Shown here: in pieces, positions 40,032-48,739 of the stretch
Position numbering within the stretch: position 1 is the stretch's first letter
How the letters are laid out: each line of letters opens with the position of its first letter
NCBI RefSeq assembly: GCF_044358605.1
Contig: NZ_JBIKNQ010000013.1
Coordinates: 3,032-67,031, forward strand
Direction of reading: 5' to 3'
Length of the DNA: 64,000 bases
DNA from: Ideonella sp.
GTDB taxonomy: Bacteria; Pseudomonadota; Gammaproteobacteria; Burkholderiales; Burkholderiaceae_C
Program-made: the position numbers and the translations under genes
Notes under the pieces: generated by a model
The model's input: only the letters and a program-made list of their open reading frames with translations
The model's database searches: none
What the model was told of the DNA's origin: nothing

Positions 40032-41771
40032 TTACTTCAAGAGCTTGAAGACCCAGACCGAGCCGCCCTGCTCCAGGTAGTTGACCTTCTTGGCCACGTC
40101 ACCACCCCACAGCGGCACAGCGCCACCCCAGCCGGAGACCACGGCCACGAACTGCTGGCCGTTTTGCTCCCAGGTCACCGGAGGAGCAACCACGCCGGAG
40201 CCCGTTTGGAACTTCCAGACGATCTTGCCGGTCTTGGCGTCTGCGGCTTGTAGATAGCCTTCAGGCGTACCCCAGAACACCAAGTTGCCACCGGTGGTCA
40301 AGACACCGCTCCACAAGGGCGCATTGTTCTTCACCTCCCAGACAATCTTGCCGGTCTTCGGATCCATCGCGCGCATGGCGCCAATGTAGTCCTCGTTCAG
40401 CGTCTTGATGGTGAAACCCGCACCCAGGTAAGCCGCACCCTTTTTGTAGGTGACGGGCTCATTCCAAATCTCCATGCCCCACTCATTGGCCGGGACATAG
40501 AACAGGCCTGTGTCTGGGCTGTAGGCCATGGGCATCTGGTTCTTGCCGCCTAAGAAGCCGGGCGCAGCAAAGACAGACTGTCCTTTCTTACCATCTGCAC
40601 CGGCCGTCGGATCACCAGGGCGGTTCTCGGGCACGAAGTTCGGTCGGCCTGTTTTCAAGTCGATCCCCGTGGCCCAGGTCACCTTCTTGACAAAGGGGAA
40701 GGCATTCACCAGTTGACCCGTGGTCGCATCGTTCACATAGAAGAAGCCATTACGGTCGGCCTTGCCGCCCAGACGACGGCCATCTTGGTCATAGGTGATG
40801 AACTCGTTGACGCCGTCATAGTCCCAACCATCATTGGGCGTATTTTGGTAATGCCACTTGATCTGGCCGGTCTTGATGTCAATGGCAATGGTCGAGCACG
40901 AGAACAGGTTGTCACCCTTGCGCAGGTGGCTGTTCCAGGGTGCCGGATTGCCGGAGCCGAAATAGGCCAGGCCGGTCTTGCTGTCGAAGGTGCCGCCCAG
41001 CCAAGTGGCTGCGCCGCCGGTCTTCCACAGGTCACCCGGCCAGGTCTTGTTGGTGGTGCCCGAGATGCCGTTCTCGGTCCTGTTGCCCTTGTCGTCCCAC
41101 TTGTAGCCCATGTGGCCTTCGACGGTGGGGCGCGTCCACACCAACTGGCCGGTTTTGGGGTTACGCGCTTCAACGCGCCCGACCACACCGAACTCACCAC
41201 CGGACACGCCGGTCAGCAACAGACCACCCGCGATCAGGGGCGCGGCCGTACCAGAGTAGCCATCGGCGTAGTTGTCGATCTTCTCTTTCCAGACCACATC
41301 ACCAGTGTTCTGATCCAACGCCACGATCTGGGCATCCAGGGTCATGAAAATGACCAAGTTGTCGTAGAGCGCCGCGCCGCGGTTGATCACGTCGCAGCAG
41401 GGCATGATGCCGTCAGGCAGACGATGCTCATACTTCCAGAGCTTCTTGCCAGTCGCTACGTCCAGCGCATAAATGCGCGAATACGACCCCGTGACAAACA
41501 TCTTGCCCTTGTGGATCAGGGGCTGAGATTGCTGGCCGCGCTGCTTCTCTCCACCAAAGGAAAAGGACCATGCTGGTACCAGGCGGTCAATGCTCTTGGG
41601 GTTGATCTGCTTGAGGGGGGAATAACGTTGGCCTTGGGTGCCCAAGCCCCAGGACAAAATGTCACCGGTGGTCTTGGCATCGTTCTCGATCATTTGATCG
41701 GTCACGGTGGCTTGTGCCGTCATCGAGGCTAGGCCGACGGTGAGCAGCAAGGGCAGCAATTTCAAACGCAT
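40032..41771 (-). CDS. PQQ-dependent alcohol dehydrogenase, ethanol type (ExaA/PedH family) with the lanthanide-type DYD signature
   Basis: Start trimmed to ATG 41771 (AGGAGA SD). Signal peptide [34 protein letters not shown], vicinal [20 protein letters not shown] (D-Y-D at 40823-40815), [10 protein letters not shown]. Confidence 0.88.
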   Translation of the reverse strand: MRLKLLPLLLTVGLASMTAQATVTDQMIENDAKTTGDILSWGLGTQGQRYSPLKQINPKSIDRLVPAWSFSFGGEKQRGQQSQPLIHKGKMFVTGSYSRIYALDVATGKKLWKYEHRLPDGIMPCCDVINRGAALYDNLVIFMTLDAQIVALDQNTGDVVWKEKIDNYADGYSGTAAPLIAGGLLLTGVSGGEFGVVGRVEARNPKTGQLVWTRPTVEGHMGYKWDDKGNRTENGISGTTNKTWPGDLWKTGGAATWLGGTFDSKTGLAYFGSGNPAPWNSHLRKGDNLFSCSTIAIDIKTGQIKWHYQNTPNDGWDYDGVNEFITYDQDGRRLGGKADRNGFFYVNDATTGQLVNAFPFVKKVTWATGIDLKTGRPNFVPENRPGDPTAGADGKKGQSVFAAPGFLGGKNQMPMAYSPDTGLFYVPANEWGMEIWNEPVTYKKGAAYLGAGFTIKTLNEDYIGAMRAMDPKTGKIVWEVKNNAPLWSGVLTTGGNLVFWGTPEGYLQAADAKTGKIVWKFQTGSGVVAPPVTWEQNGQQFVAVVSGWGGAVPLWGGDVAKKVNYLEQGGSVWVFKLLK

Positions 41772-41846
41772 GGAATGTCTCCTTCTGAAGAGGTGTGCAG
41801 CTGTGTCACGCTGGGTGGGTTTTCCAGCGTTCCGGGAGGTTTTCCC

Positions 41847-41862
41847 GGCAACAATCGTGCCA
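41847..41862 (-). promoter_or_regulatory. sigma-54 (-24/-12) promoter upstream of the PQQ dehydrogenase gene
   Basis: The minus strand reads TGGCACGATTGTTGCC, with GG and GC at consensus spacing. It lies about 75 nt upstream of the ATG. Confidence 0.6.
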
Positions 41863-41947
41863 ACCTTCAAAGCGACTTCCAAGCGGCATTTCCAGCCTCA
41901 GTGGGCGAAAAAGCCATGGCCTGAGCTAGGGTAAACGCGGTCTGCTA

Positions 41948-41963
41948 CGCCAGTGCTGTGCCA
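41948..41963 (-). promoter_or_regulatory. second, weaker sigma-54-like motif
   Basis: The minus strand reads TGGCACAGCACTGGCG. The -12 element is TGGC rather than TTGC. Confidence 0.3.
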
Positions 41964-42006
41964 CCTTTGCACAAACTCCTGGCAGCGGGCTGTGGCGCAA
42001 TGCCGG

Positions 42007-43302
42007 TCACACCAAGCCGTCGAACAAGCTCACCTGCACCTCATCGCCGGCCGCCACTGCGCCTTGCTCGTGTCCCAGCACCACCAAGGCATTAGCCTCG
42101 GTCATGCTGCGCAAAATGCCTGCGCCCTGGGCACCGGTGAGGCGCACCTCCCAACGGCCATCGTCGCCCAAGCTGACGATACCGCGCTGATACTCGGTGC
42201 GCCCCGGCCGCTTGCGGATGGCCGCCACGCTGCGCGCCTTGAGCACCGGCAGCGGCCGTGGCGTGGCCCCGGCCAAGACCAGCAAAGCCTCACGCGCAAA
42301 GGCATAGAAGGTGACCAAGGCTGCCACCGGGTTGCCCGGTAGCGCAAACAGCCAGGCCGTGCGCCCAGCCGCCGCATGCAGTGGGCCAAAGGCGAACGGG
42401 CGGCCGGGGCGCATCGCCACCTTCCAAAACCCGACCTCACCGCGCGCGGCCAACAGGTCGCGGGTGTAGTCGGCATCGCCCATGCTCACGCCACCGCTGG
42501 TCAGCACCACATCGGCTTGGGCGAGGGCTTGATCCAAGGTGGCATTGAGCGCCACCGGGTCGTCGGCCACCAGCCCCAAGTCCAGCACCTCAAGGCCCAA
42601 GCGCTCCAAAGCGCCCATCAGGCTGAAGCGGTTGCTGTCATAGATGCAGCCCTCTTCCAGCGGCTGGCCCAAGGTGCGCAGCTCATTGCCGGTGGAAAAC
42701 AGCGCCACCTTCAGGCGCCTGAAAACCTGCAAGTCAGCCACGCCCAGCGAGGCCAGTAGCCCTAAGTCTGCCGGGCGCAGCAGGTGGCCCGCACGCAAGG
42801 CCGGCTGGCCCAGGGCCAAGTCTTCGCCGCGCTTGCGGCGGTTTTCACCCGGCTTCAAAACGCCGGGCTTGAGCGTGACGGTGTCGCCTGCAGCATCCGC
42901 CCCCACGTGGCACAGCTCGATCGGCACCACGGTGTCAAGGCCCTCGGGCATGACGGCCCCCGTCATGATGCGCACACACTGGCCGCGCCCCACGGGCTGC
43001 GCCAGGGGCTTGCCTGCAAACACGGTGACGCCTGACAAGGCGCGCAGCAGCGTAGGCGCGTCTGCCTGCAGGTCAGCGCCATGCAGGGCATAGCCGTCCA
43101 TGGCCGAGTTGTCGTGGGCCGGCACAGCAATCGGGCTGATGACATCGGCCGCCAGGATGCGACCCAAAGCTTGGCGCAGCGGCAGCGTCTCTACGTCAGC
43201 GATGGGGCGCAGTGCCGCTTGAATGCGGGCACGCGCCTCGGCCACCGGGAGTTCATCACCAGCCATCAGGGGAGAAGGACCAAGCATGGAGCGTGCTTTC
43301 AA
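42007..43302 (-). CDS. moeA: molybdopterin molybdo/tungsto-transferase MoeA
   Basis: VAEARARIQAAL..., SGGVSMGDADY, PGNPVAALV. The start is uncertain (43302, 43287 or 43266). Confidence 0.9.
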   Translation of the reverse strand: MKARSMLGPSPLMAGDELPVAEARARIQAALRPIADVETLPLRQALGRILAADVISPIAVPAHDNSAMDGYALHGADLQADAPTLLRALSGVTVFAGKPLAQPVGRGQCVRIMTGAVMPEGLDTVVPIELCHVGADAAGDTVTLKPGVLKPGENRRKRGEDLALGQPALRAGHLLRPADLGLLASLGVADLQVFRRLKVALFSTGNELRTLGQPLEEGCIYDSNRFSLMGALERLGLEVLDLGLVADDPVALNATLDQALAQADVVLTSGGVSMGDADYTRDLLAARGEVGFWKVAMRPGRPFAFGPLHAAAGRTAWLFALPGNPVAALVTFYAFAREALLVLAGATPRPLPVLKARSVAAIRKRPGRTEYQRGIVSLGDDGRWEVRLTGAQGAGILRSMTEANALVVLGHEQGAVAAGDEVQVSLFDGLV

Positions 43303-43425
43303 GGGTTCAAGTCAGTGCCGCATTGTGCGTCCATCCCGCCCGCCCTTTTGTCTCGGGAGGGGGCTGCGAACGACGGACGCCAAGGGCCGATGGACTCAAG
43401 CCTTGAGGGGCTGGCTAAGCAAGGC

Positions 43426-44337
43426 TCAACTGGCCATGACAGAGCCCTGCTTGGCGCGGTCACGGGCCAAGGCTTCGGCCTCGCTCTTGCGGCGGAAGAA
43501 CACGGTCACGATGCTGGAGGTGATGACGATGAACAAGGAATACAGCACTGGGATCAGCAGCACCTCTTGCTGCATGGTGCCGGTGAAGGTCAGCGTCACG
43601 ATCAGCACGGCCAGCGGCCCATTCTGGATGCCGGTTTCCAGCGCAATGGTGCGGCTGCGGTTAGGGTCCTGCTTGAGCAAGCGCGCCAACACATAGCCCA
43701 GAGCAATACCGAAAACACCCAAGCCTATGGCCGCAAAAAACACATACCAGGGCGTGGTGGCCAACAGCATGTAGTTGCGAGGGATCCAGGTCACGACCAA
43801 GAACAAAATAACCATCACGCCCAGGAAGCCGCCGAGCAATTCAATCGTCGCGCCAATGTTCGGGTTGAGCTTGCGCAGAGTCATGCCGATCACGGTGGGA
43901 ATCAGCAGCACGAACAGCACCTGAGCCACATTGCCCGCCGGAATCTTGAAGCCACTGTCCAGGCCGGCCAGTTGCGAATAGAACTCCAGCAAGGCAGGCA
44001 CCATGCCCAGGGCCACCAGAGACGACATCGAGGTCATCATGATCGACAAGGCCAGCACCGCTTTGCTGAAGTAGGTGAAGATGTTGGAGGTGGTGCCGCC
44101 AGGCATGCAGGCCATCAGGATCAGGCCGACGGTCAGCGCAGGCGACAAATCCAGCGCCTTCGCCAAGACAAAGCCCAGCAGCGGCATGATGCCGTACTGG
44201 CACAGCAGGCCAACCATCACCCCCTTGGGCTTGCGAAAGGCGATGCGGAAGTCGCGCCAAGTGAGGGAGGCGCCCATGCCGAGCATGATGACGATCATCA
44301 TGATGCCCAGCAGCTTGGTTTCGAAATCGGTGAGCAT
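43426..44337 (-). CDS. bile acid:sodium symporter (BASS) family transporter
   Basis: 303-aa polytopic protein; LGMGASLTWRDF, CMPGGTTSNIFTY. Confidence 0.8.
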   Translation of the reverse strand: MLTDFETKLLGIMMIVIMLGMGASLTWRDFRIAFRKPKGVMVGLLCQYGIMPLLGFVLAKALDLSPALTVGLILMACMPGGTTSNIFTYFSKAVLALSIMMTSMSSLVALGMVPALLEFYSQLAGLDSGFKIPAGNVAQVLFVLLIPTVIGMTLRKLNPNIGATIELLGGFLGVMVILFLVVTWIPRNYMLLATTPWYVFFAAIGLGVFGIALGYVLARLLKQDPNRSRTIALETGIQNGPLAVLIVTLTFTGTMQQEVLLIPVLYSLFIVITSSIVTVFFRRKSEAEALARDRAKQGSVMAS

Positions 44338-44375
44338 GGGAATTCTTCTTTCAATTCAAAGCGGTCAGGGGCTTC

Positions 44376-46124
44376 TCAGCCACAGCTCATCTCTTGGGCC
44401 ACAGCCTTGCGCAGGTCTTTGCGCAAAACCTTGCCGATGGGACTCTTGGGCAGTTCGTCTCGCACCACCACCAGCTTGGGCACTTTGTAGGCGGCCAGGT
44501 GCTGCTTGCAGTGCGCGATCACATCGGCCGGCGTCACCTCCTTGGCGTGGTCCGGGTTCTGCACCACGTAGGCACGCACCGCCTCGCCGGTTTTGGCGTC
44601 GGGCACGCCGATCACCGCCACCTCCAACACGTGATCCATGTCGGCAATCACATCCTCCACCTCGTTGGGGTAGACATTGAAGCCGGAGACCAGAATCATG
44701 TCCTTCTTGCGGTCCACGATGCGCATGAAGCCTGCTTCATCCATCACCGCCACATCCCCAGTGGCAAACCAATCGCCGTGCATGACCTGGGCGGTTTCCG
44801 CCTCTGCCTGCCAGTAACCCTGCATGACCTGCGGGCCACGCACCCAGATCTCACCCGGCGCCCCGGGCTTCACATCCTGCCCGTCGTCTCCCACCAAGCG
44901 CACATCGGTGCCCGGTGCAGGAATCCCAATGCTGCCGTCCTTGGGTGTGCCGGTCAGGGGGTTGAAGCTGACCACCGGCGCGGTCTCGGTCAGGCCATAA
45001 CCCTCTGCAATCGGGGTTTGGGTCAGCTCGCGCCAGCGCTGCGCCACCGCGGTGTGCAACGAGGTACCACCCGAGATGGAGGCCTTGAGCGACTTGGGCG
45101 GAAAGGCCACAAACCACTCTTCGTTGAGCAGGCCATTGAACAGGGTGTTGACCCCGGTGGTCCAGGTGATCGGATAGTTCTCTATCGCCCGCTGCAGGTT
45201 CTGTACTGGGCGCGGGTTGGGGATCAACACGTTGTGCCCGCCGATGGAGAGGAAGCCCAGCAAGTTGGCCGTGAACGCGAAGATGTGATAGAGCGGCAAG
45301 GCCGTCAGCACACACTCTTGACCTGGGGCCATATGGCTCTGCCCCATGGCGCGCGTTTGCTGGATGTTGTTGAGCAAGTTGTCGTGCGTCAGCATCGCGC
45401 CTTTGCTCACGCCTGTGGTGCCGCCGGTGTACTGCAGCACCGCCAGGTCATGGCGGCCCACGCCTTCCCAGTAGGTTCTGGCGGGCGTTTGGGCCAAGGT
45501 CGCCCGGCCTTGGGCCAGGGCGTCTTGCAGGCGCACATGCGGCGCCGTCACGGGTGGGAGCACCCGGTTCCAGTAGCGCTGCACGCCGCGCACGATGGCA
45601 CCTGGGACGGTCGGGAAGAACTCTGACACCGCCGCCAGCACCACTTTCTCGATGCCGGTCTTGGCCAACACTGCGGGCAGCTTGTCGGCAAACATGTCCA
45701 CCATCACCAGCGCCTTGGCCCCGGCGTTGTTGAATTGGTGGATCATTTCCGTCTCGGTATAGAGCGGATTGGTGTTCACCAACACGCAACCCGCTTTGAA
45801 CACCCCCAGTGCCGCCACCGGGTAGCCCAGGCTGTTGGGCAGTTGCACCGCAACACGGTCTCCGGCCTTGAGGCCCAGCACCGCACGCAGGTAGGCGGCA
45901 AACGCGTCAGACAACTCATCCACCTGCGCAAAACTCAGCCTGCCGTTCATGCCATTGGGCACCACGCAACTGAAGGCGGCCTTGACCTGGCTTTCGGCCT
46001 GCCACTTTTTGCAGCACTCATGGGCCAACTCGGCCAGATTGCGATAGGGCAGAGGTTCCAGGCTGGGGGCTATTCCGAGCTGCTGATACGACGCGTGCCA
46101 GGGGCGGCTGAATGACTCTGTCAT
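44376..46124 (-). CDS. fadD: long-chain fatty acid--CoA ligase
   Basis: YTGGTTGVSKGAMLTH AMP-binding motif, GYGLTE, GDVAVMDEAGFMRIVDRKKD. ATG 46124 was chosen because it gives the same operator-to-start geometry as the fadB-type operon. Confidence 0.9.
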   Translation of the reverse strand: MTESFSRPWHASYQQLGIAPSLEPLPYRNLAELAHECCKKWQAESQVKAAFSCVVPNGMNGRLSFAQVDELSDAFAAYLRAVLGLKAGDRVAVQLPNSLGYPVAALGVFKAGCVLVNTNPLYTETEMIHQFNNAGAKALVMVDMFADKLPAVLAKTGIEKVVLAAVSEFFPTVPGAIVRGVQRYWNRVLPPVTAPHVRLQDALAQGRATLAQTPARTYWEGVGRHDLAVLQYTGGTTGVSKGAMLTHDNLLNNIQQTRAMGQSHMAPGQECVLTALPLYHIFAFTANLLGFLSIGGHNVLIPNPRPVQNLQRAIENYPITWTTGVNTLFNGLLNEEWFVAFPPKSLKASISGGTSLHTAVAQRWRELTQTPIAEGYGLTETAPVVSFNPLTGTPKDGSIGIPAPGTDVRLVGDDGQDVKPGAPGEIWVRGPQVMQGYWQAEAETAQVMHGDWFATGDVAVMDEAGFMRIVDRKKDMILVSGFNVYPNEVEDVIADMDHVLEVAVIGVPDAKTGEAVRAYVVQNPDHAKEVTPADVIAHCKQHLAAYKVPKLVVVRDELPKSPIGKVLRKDLRKAVAQEMSCG

Positions 46125-46158
46125 GGACACATTCCGTAGGTGGAGACAAGACACGAAT

Positions 46159-46184
46159 AAAAATAGAACGGTCGTTCTATTTTT
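46159..46184. promoter_or_regulatory. perfect 26-bp palindrome; candidate fatty-acid-degradation operator upstream of fadD
   Basis: AAAAATAGAACG-GT-CGTTCTATTTTT. It lies 34 nt upstream of the fadD ATG. A related site is at 29245-29270. Confidence 0.55.
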
Positions 46185-46302
46185 CCGCAGCTATGTTAGT
46201 GGCGGCGTGATGGGTTTGGGCCTCGGAAGCTGAAAACGTGCCTCGGTGAAAACCCTCTGGGTGGGCAAACGAGCAGCCTGAAGACAAGCCCTCTCCATCC
46301 CT

Positions 46303-46320
46303 TATGCATTCCCATGCATA
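46303..46320. promoter_or_regulatory. TATGCA-N6-TGCATA inverted repeat upstream of tupB, shared with the aorA upstream region
   Basis: TATGCAttcccaTGCATA, 41 nt upstream of ATG 46361. Identical arms and spacing occur at 52045-52062. Confidence 0.45.
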
Positions 46321-46360
46321 TCGCTCAACCCAAAGGGCCACGACAGAATCGCGCCCGTCC

Positions 46361-47071
46361 ATGAACACGCTCTCCGACAGCCTCGTCCTTGCCCTGCAGA
46401 TGATCACTCGCTTTGACAGCGAGCTGCTGGCCATCGTGGGGCTGTCGCTCAAGGTCAGCCTCAGCGCTTGCGCAGTGGGCGCCGTGTTGGGCCTGGTCTT
46501 GGGCGCTTGGTTGGCCGTGGCGCGCTTTCCCGGCCACGGCGGGCTGGTGTGGCTGCTCAACACGCTGCTGGCCCTGCCCTCGGTGGTCGTGGGGCTGCTG
46601 GTGTATTTGATGCTCTCGCGCTCGGGGCCGCTGGGCTCTTGGGGCTTGCTCTTCACCCCCACGGCCATGATCATTGCGCAGACCATCCTCGTGGTGCCTT
46701 TGATCGCGGCGCTCTCGCGTCGCTTGGTGATGGATGCACTGGCCGAGGGCGGTGATCAATTGGCCGCCTTGGGTGCCGGCCCCTTGCTGCGCGCCTTGCT
46801 GATGCTGGCCCACCAGCGCCTGGGCGTGCTGACGGTGATGCTCACCGCCTTTGGCCGCGCCGTGGCCGAGGTGGGCGCGGTGATGATTGTGGGCGGCAAC
46901 ATCCTGGGCAACACCCGGGTGATGACCACCGCCATTGCCCTAGAGACCAGCAAAGGCGACCTGCCCCTGGCCCTGGCCCTGGGCGCCGTGCTGCTGGGCG
47001 TGGTCGGCGTGGTCAATGGTGTGATCGCGCTGGTGCAGCGCGGCAGCCGCTTGCCTGTGGAGGCGCTATGA
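46361..47071 (+). CDS. tupB: tungstate ABC transporter permease
   Basis: Single-domain permease; SRSGPLGSWGLLFTP...AIALETSKGD. Followed by the ATPase and a TupA-type binding protein. Start uncertain (46304 or 46361). Confidence 0.8.
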   Translation: MNTLSDSLVLALQMITRFDSELLAIVGLSLKVSLSACAVGAVLGLVLGAWLAVARFPGHGGLVWLLNTLLALPSVVVGLLVYLMLSRSGPLGSWGLLFTPTAMIIAQTILVVPLIAALSRRLVMDALAEGGDQLAALGAGPLLRALLMLAHQRLGVLTVMLTAFGRAVAEVGAVMIVGGNILGNTRVMTTAIALETSKGDLPLALALGAVLLGVVGVVNGVIALVQRGSRLPVEAL

Positions 47072-47796
47072 GCGTCGCCTCCCCGCTCCTCAGCCTGCAA
47101 GACGCCAGCGTGCTCTACGCCGCAGGCCAGGTGCGGGCGCTGTCGCAGGTCAGCCTGACACTGCACCAAGGCGAGCGCCTGGCCCTGCTGGGCGCCAATG
47201 GCTCGGGCAAGACCACCTTGCTGCGGGCCCTGAACGGCCTGCAGACATTGAGCCACGGCCAGCGGCAGGTGCATGCCCTGCCCGCCACCGGCCTGCCGCC
47301 GGTGTCGGCCATGTTGTTCCAAAAGCCTTTTTTCTTGAGCTTCAGCGTGCAGCGCAACCTGCGCCTGGGGCTGTGGCTGCGCGGCGTGCCCGCAGCGCAG
47401 CGCGCCCAGCGGGCCGACGAAGCGCTGCGCCGCGTGGGCCTGCGCGAGCTGGCCCAGCGCCCCGCCCATGCGCTCTCTGGCGGCCAGCAGCAGCGTTTGG
47501 CCCTGGCGCGAGCCTGGGCCTTGCAACCCGACATCCTGTTCTTGGATGAACCCACCGCCAGCCTAGACCCATCAGCCAAGCGCGAGGTGGAAAGCCTGAT
47601 TGCCGAGTTTGGCCAAGACGGCGTCAGCGTGGTGATGAGCACGCACAACCTGGGCCAAGCCAAGCGCTTGGCCACCCACGTGGCTTACCTGGAAGCGGGG
47701 CAGCTGGTGGTGCAGCGCCCCGTGGATGCTTTTTTCAATGACACGCTGCCCGAGGCAGCGGCCCAGTTCCTCAAAGGAGAATTGCCATGGACATGA
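47068..47796 (+). CDS. tupC: tungstate ABC transporter ATP-binding protein
   Basis: GANGSGKTTLL, LSGGQQQRLALARA. ATGA overlap with tupB. Confidence 0.8.
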   Translation: MSVASPLLSLQDASVLYAAGQVRALSQVSLTLHQGERLALLGANGSGKTTLLRALNGLQTLSHGQRQVHALPATGLPPVSAMLFQKPFFLSFSVQRNLRLGLWLRGVPAAQRAQRADEALRRVGLRELAQRPAHALSGGQQQRLALARAWALQPDILFLDEPTASLDPSAKREVESLIAEFGQDGVSVVMSTHNLGQAKRLATHVAYLEAGQLVVQRPVDAFFNDTLPEAAAQFLKGELPWT

Positions 47797-48623
47797 CCTC
47801 TTCCCGCCGCCCCGCCCTGCGTGCTCTGGCTGCTGCCGCCGCCCTGCTGCTGACGGCCCCGCTGCTGCAGGCGCAAGACAAATCGCTGTTGATGGCCTCG
47901 ACCACCTCCACCGAACAGTCGGGCCTGTTTGCCCACATGCTGCCGGCCTTCAAGGCCGCCACCGGCATTGAGGTCAAGGTGGTGGCCGTGGGCACTGGCC
48001 AGGCTCTGGACATGGGCCGCCGTGGTGATGCCGATGTGGTCTTTGTGCACGACACCGTGGCCGAAGAAAAGTTCGTCGCCGAGGGCTTCGCGACCCAGCG
48101 CAAAGCCGTGATGTACAACGACTTTGTCATCGTCGGCCCGGCCAGCGACCCGGCCAAGGTCAAGGGCCAGACGGTGGCTGCCGCCCTGGGCAAGATTGGC
48201 AGCAGCGGCGCACCCTTTATCTCGCGCGGCGACAAGAGCGGCACCCACGCCGCCGAGCTGCGCCTCTGGAAGGCTGCGGGCGTGGACATGGCTGCCGCCA
48301 AACCCGCTGGCTACAAGGAGTGCGGCTGCGGCATGGGCCCGGCGCTGAACATGGGCTCCTCCACCAACGCCTATGTGCTGACGGACCGTGGCACTTGGTT
48401 GTCTTTCAAGAACCGGGGTGAGCTGGCCGTGCTGGTCGAAGGCGACAAGGTGCTGTTCAACCAATACGGCGTGATGGTGGTCAACCCGGCCAAGCACCCG
48501 CATGTGAAGACCGCGCTGGCCCAGCAGTTTGCCGACTGGGTGACCTCACCCGCCGGCCAAGCCAACATCGCCGCCTACAAAATCAACGGCGAACAATTGT
48601 TTTTCCCCAACGCTGCCCGCTGA
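47787..48623 (+). CDS. tupA: tungstate-binding periplasmic protein
   Basis: Signal peptide, then MASTTSTEQSGL, VGTGQAL, DVVFVHD, SRGDKSGTH (TupA signature pattern). Confidence 0.82.
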   Translation: MDMTSSRRPALRALAAAAALLLTAPLLQAQDKSLLMASTTSTEQSGLFAHMLPAFKAATGIEVKVVAVGTGQALDMGRRGDADVVFVHDTVAEEKFVAEGFATQRKAVMYNDFVIVGPASDPAKVKGQTVAAALGKIGSSGAPFISRGDKSGTHAAELRLWKAAGVDMAAAKPAGYKECGCGMGPALNMGSSTNAYVLTDRGTWLSFKNRGELAVLVEGDKVLFNQYGVMVVNPAKHPHVKTALAQQFADWVTSPAGQANIAAYKINGEQLFFPNAAR

Positions 48624-48693
48624 TCTTGAGCAAACGCTGAGAAAGCCCCCAACTTGGTAGCGGCGCCTGCGCGTGGTGCCGCTTAACATCCGC

Positions 48694-48727
48694 GAGGCCG
48701 CCCAAGCACGGGCGGCCTCTTTTCATT
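48694..48727 (+). terminator. rho-independent terminator after tupA
   Basis: GAGGCCGCCC-aagcac-GGGCGGCCTC followed by TTTTCATT. Confidence 0.7.
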
Positions 48728-48739
48728 GGCAGGTGTGTC

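Noticed and set aside
46205-46300. Possible Moco/Wco riboswitch in the tupB leader (two GCCTCGG boxes, GGGTTT...AAACCC pairing).
   Set aside because: I could not match the conserved junction sequences or the multi-stem architecture of the Moco RNA motif from memory. A covariance-model search (Rfam RF01055) would be decisive. It is unsupported as it stands.
46304-46360. ORF-track start of tupB at ATG 46304 (MHSHAYRSTQ...).
   Set aside because: That ATG lies inside the TATGCA-N6-TGCATA palindrome, and the first 19 residues are hydrophilic and unlike permease N-termini. ATG 46361 is preferred, although neither start has a clear SD.
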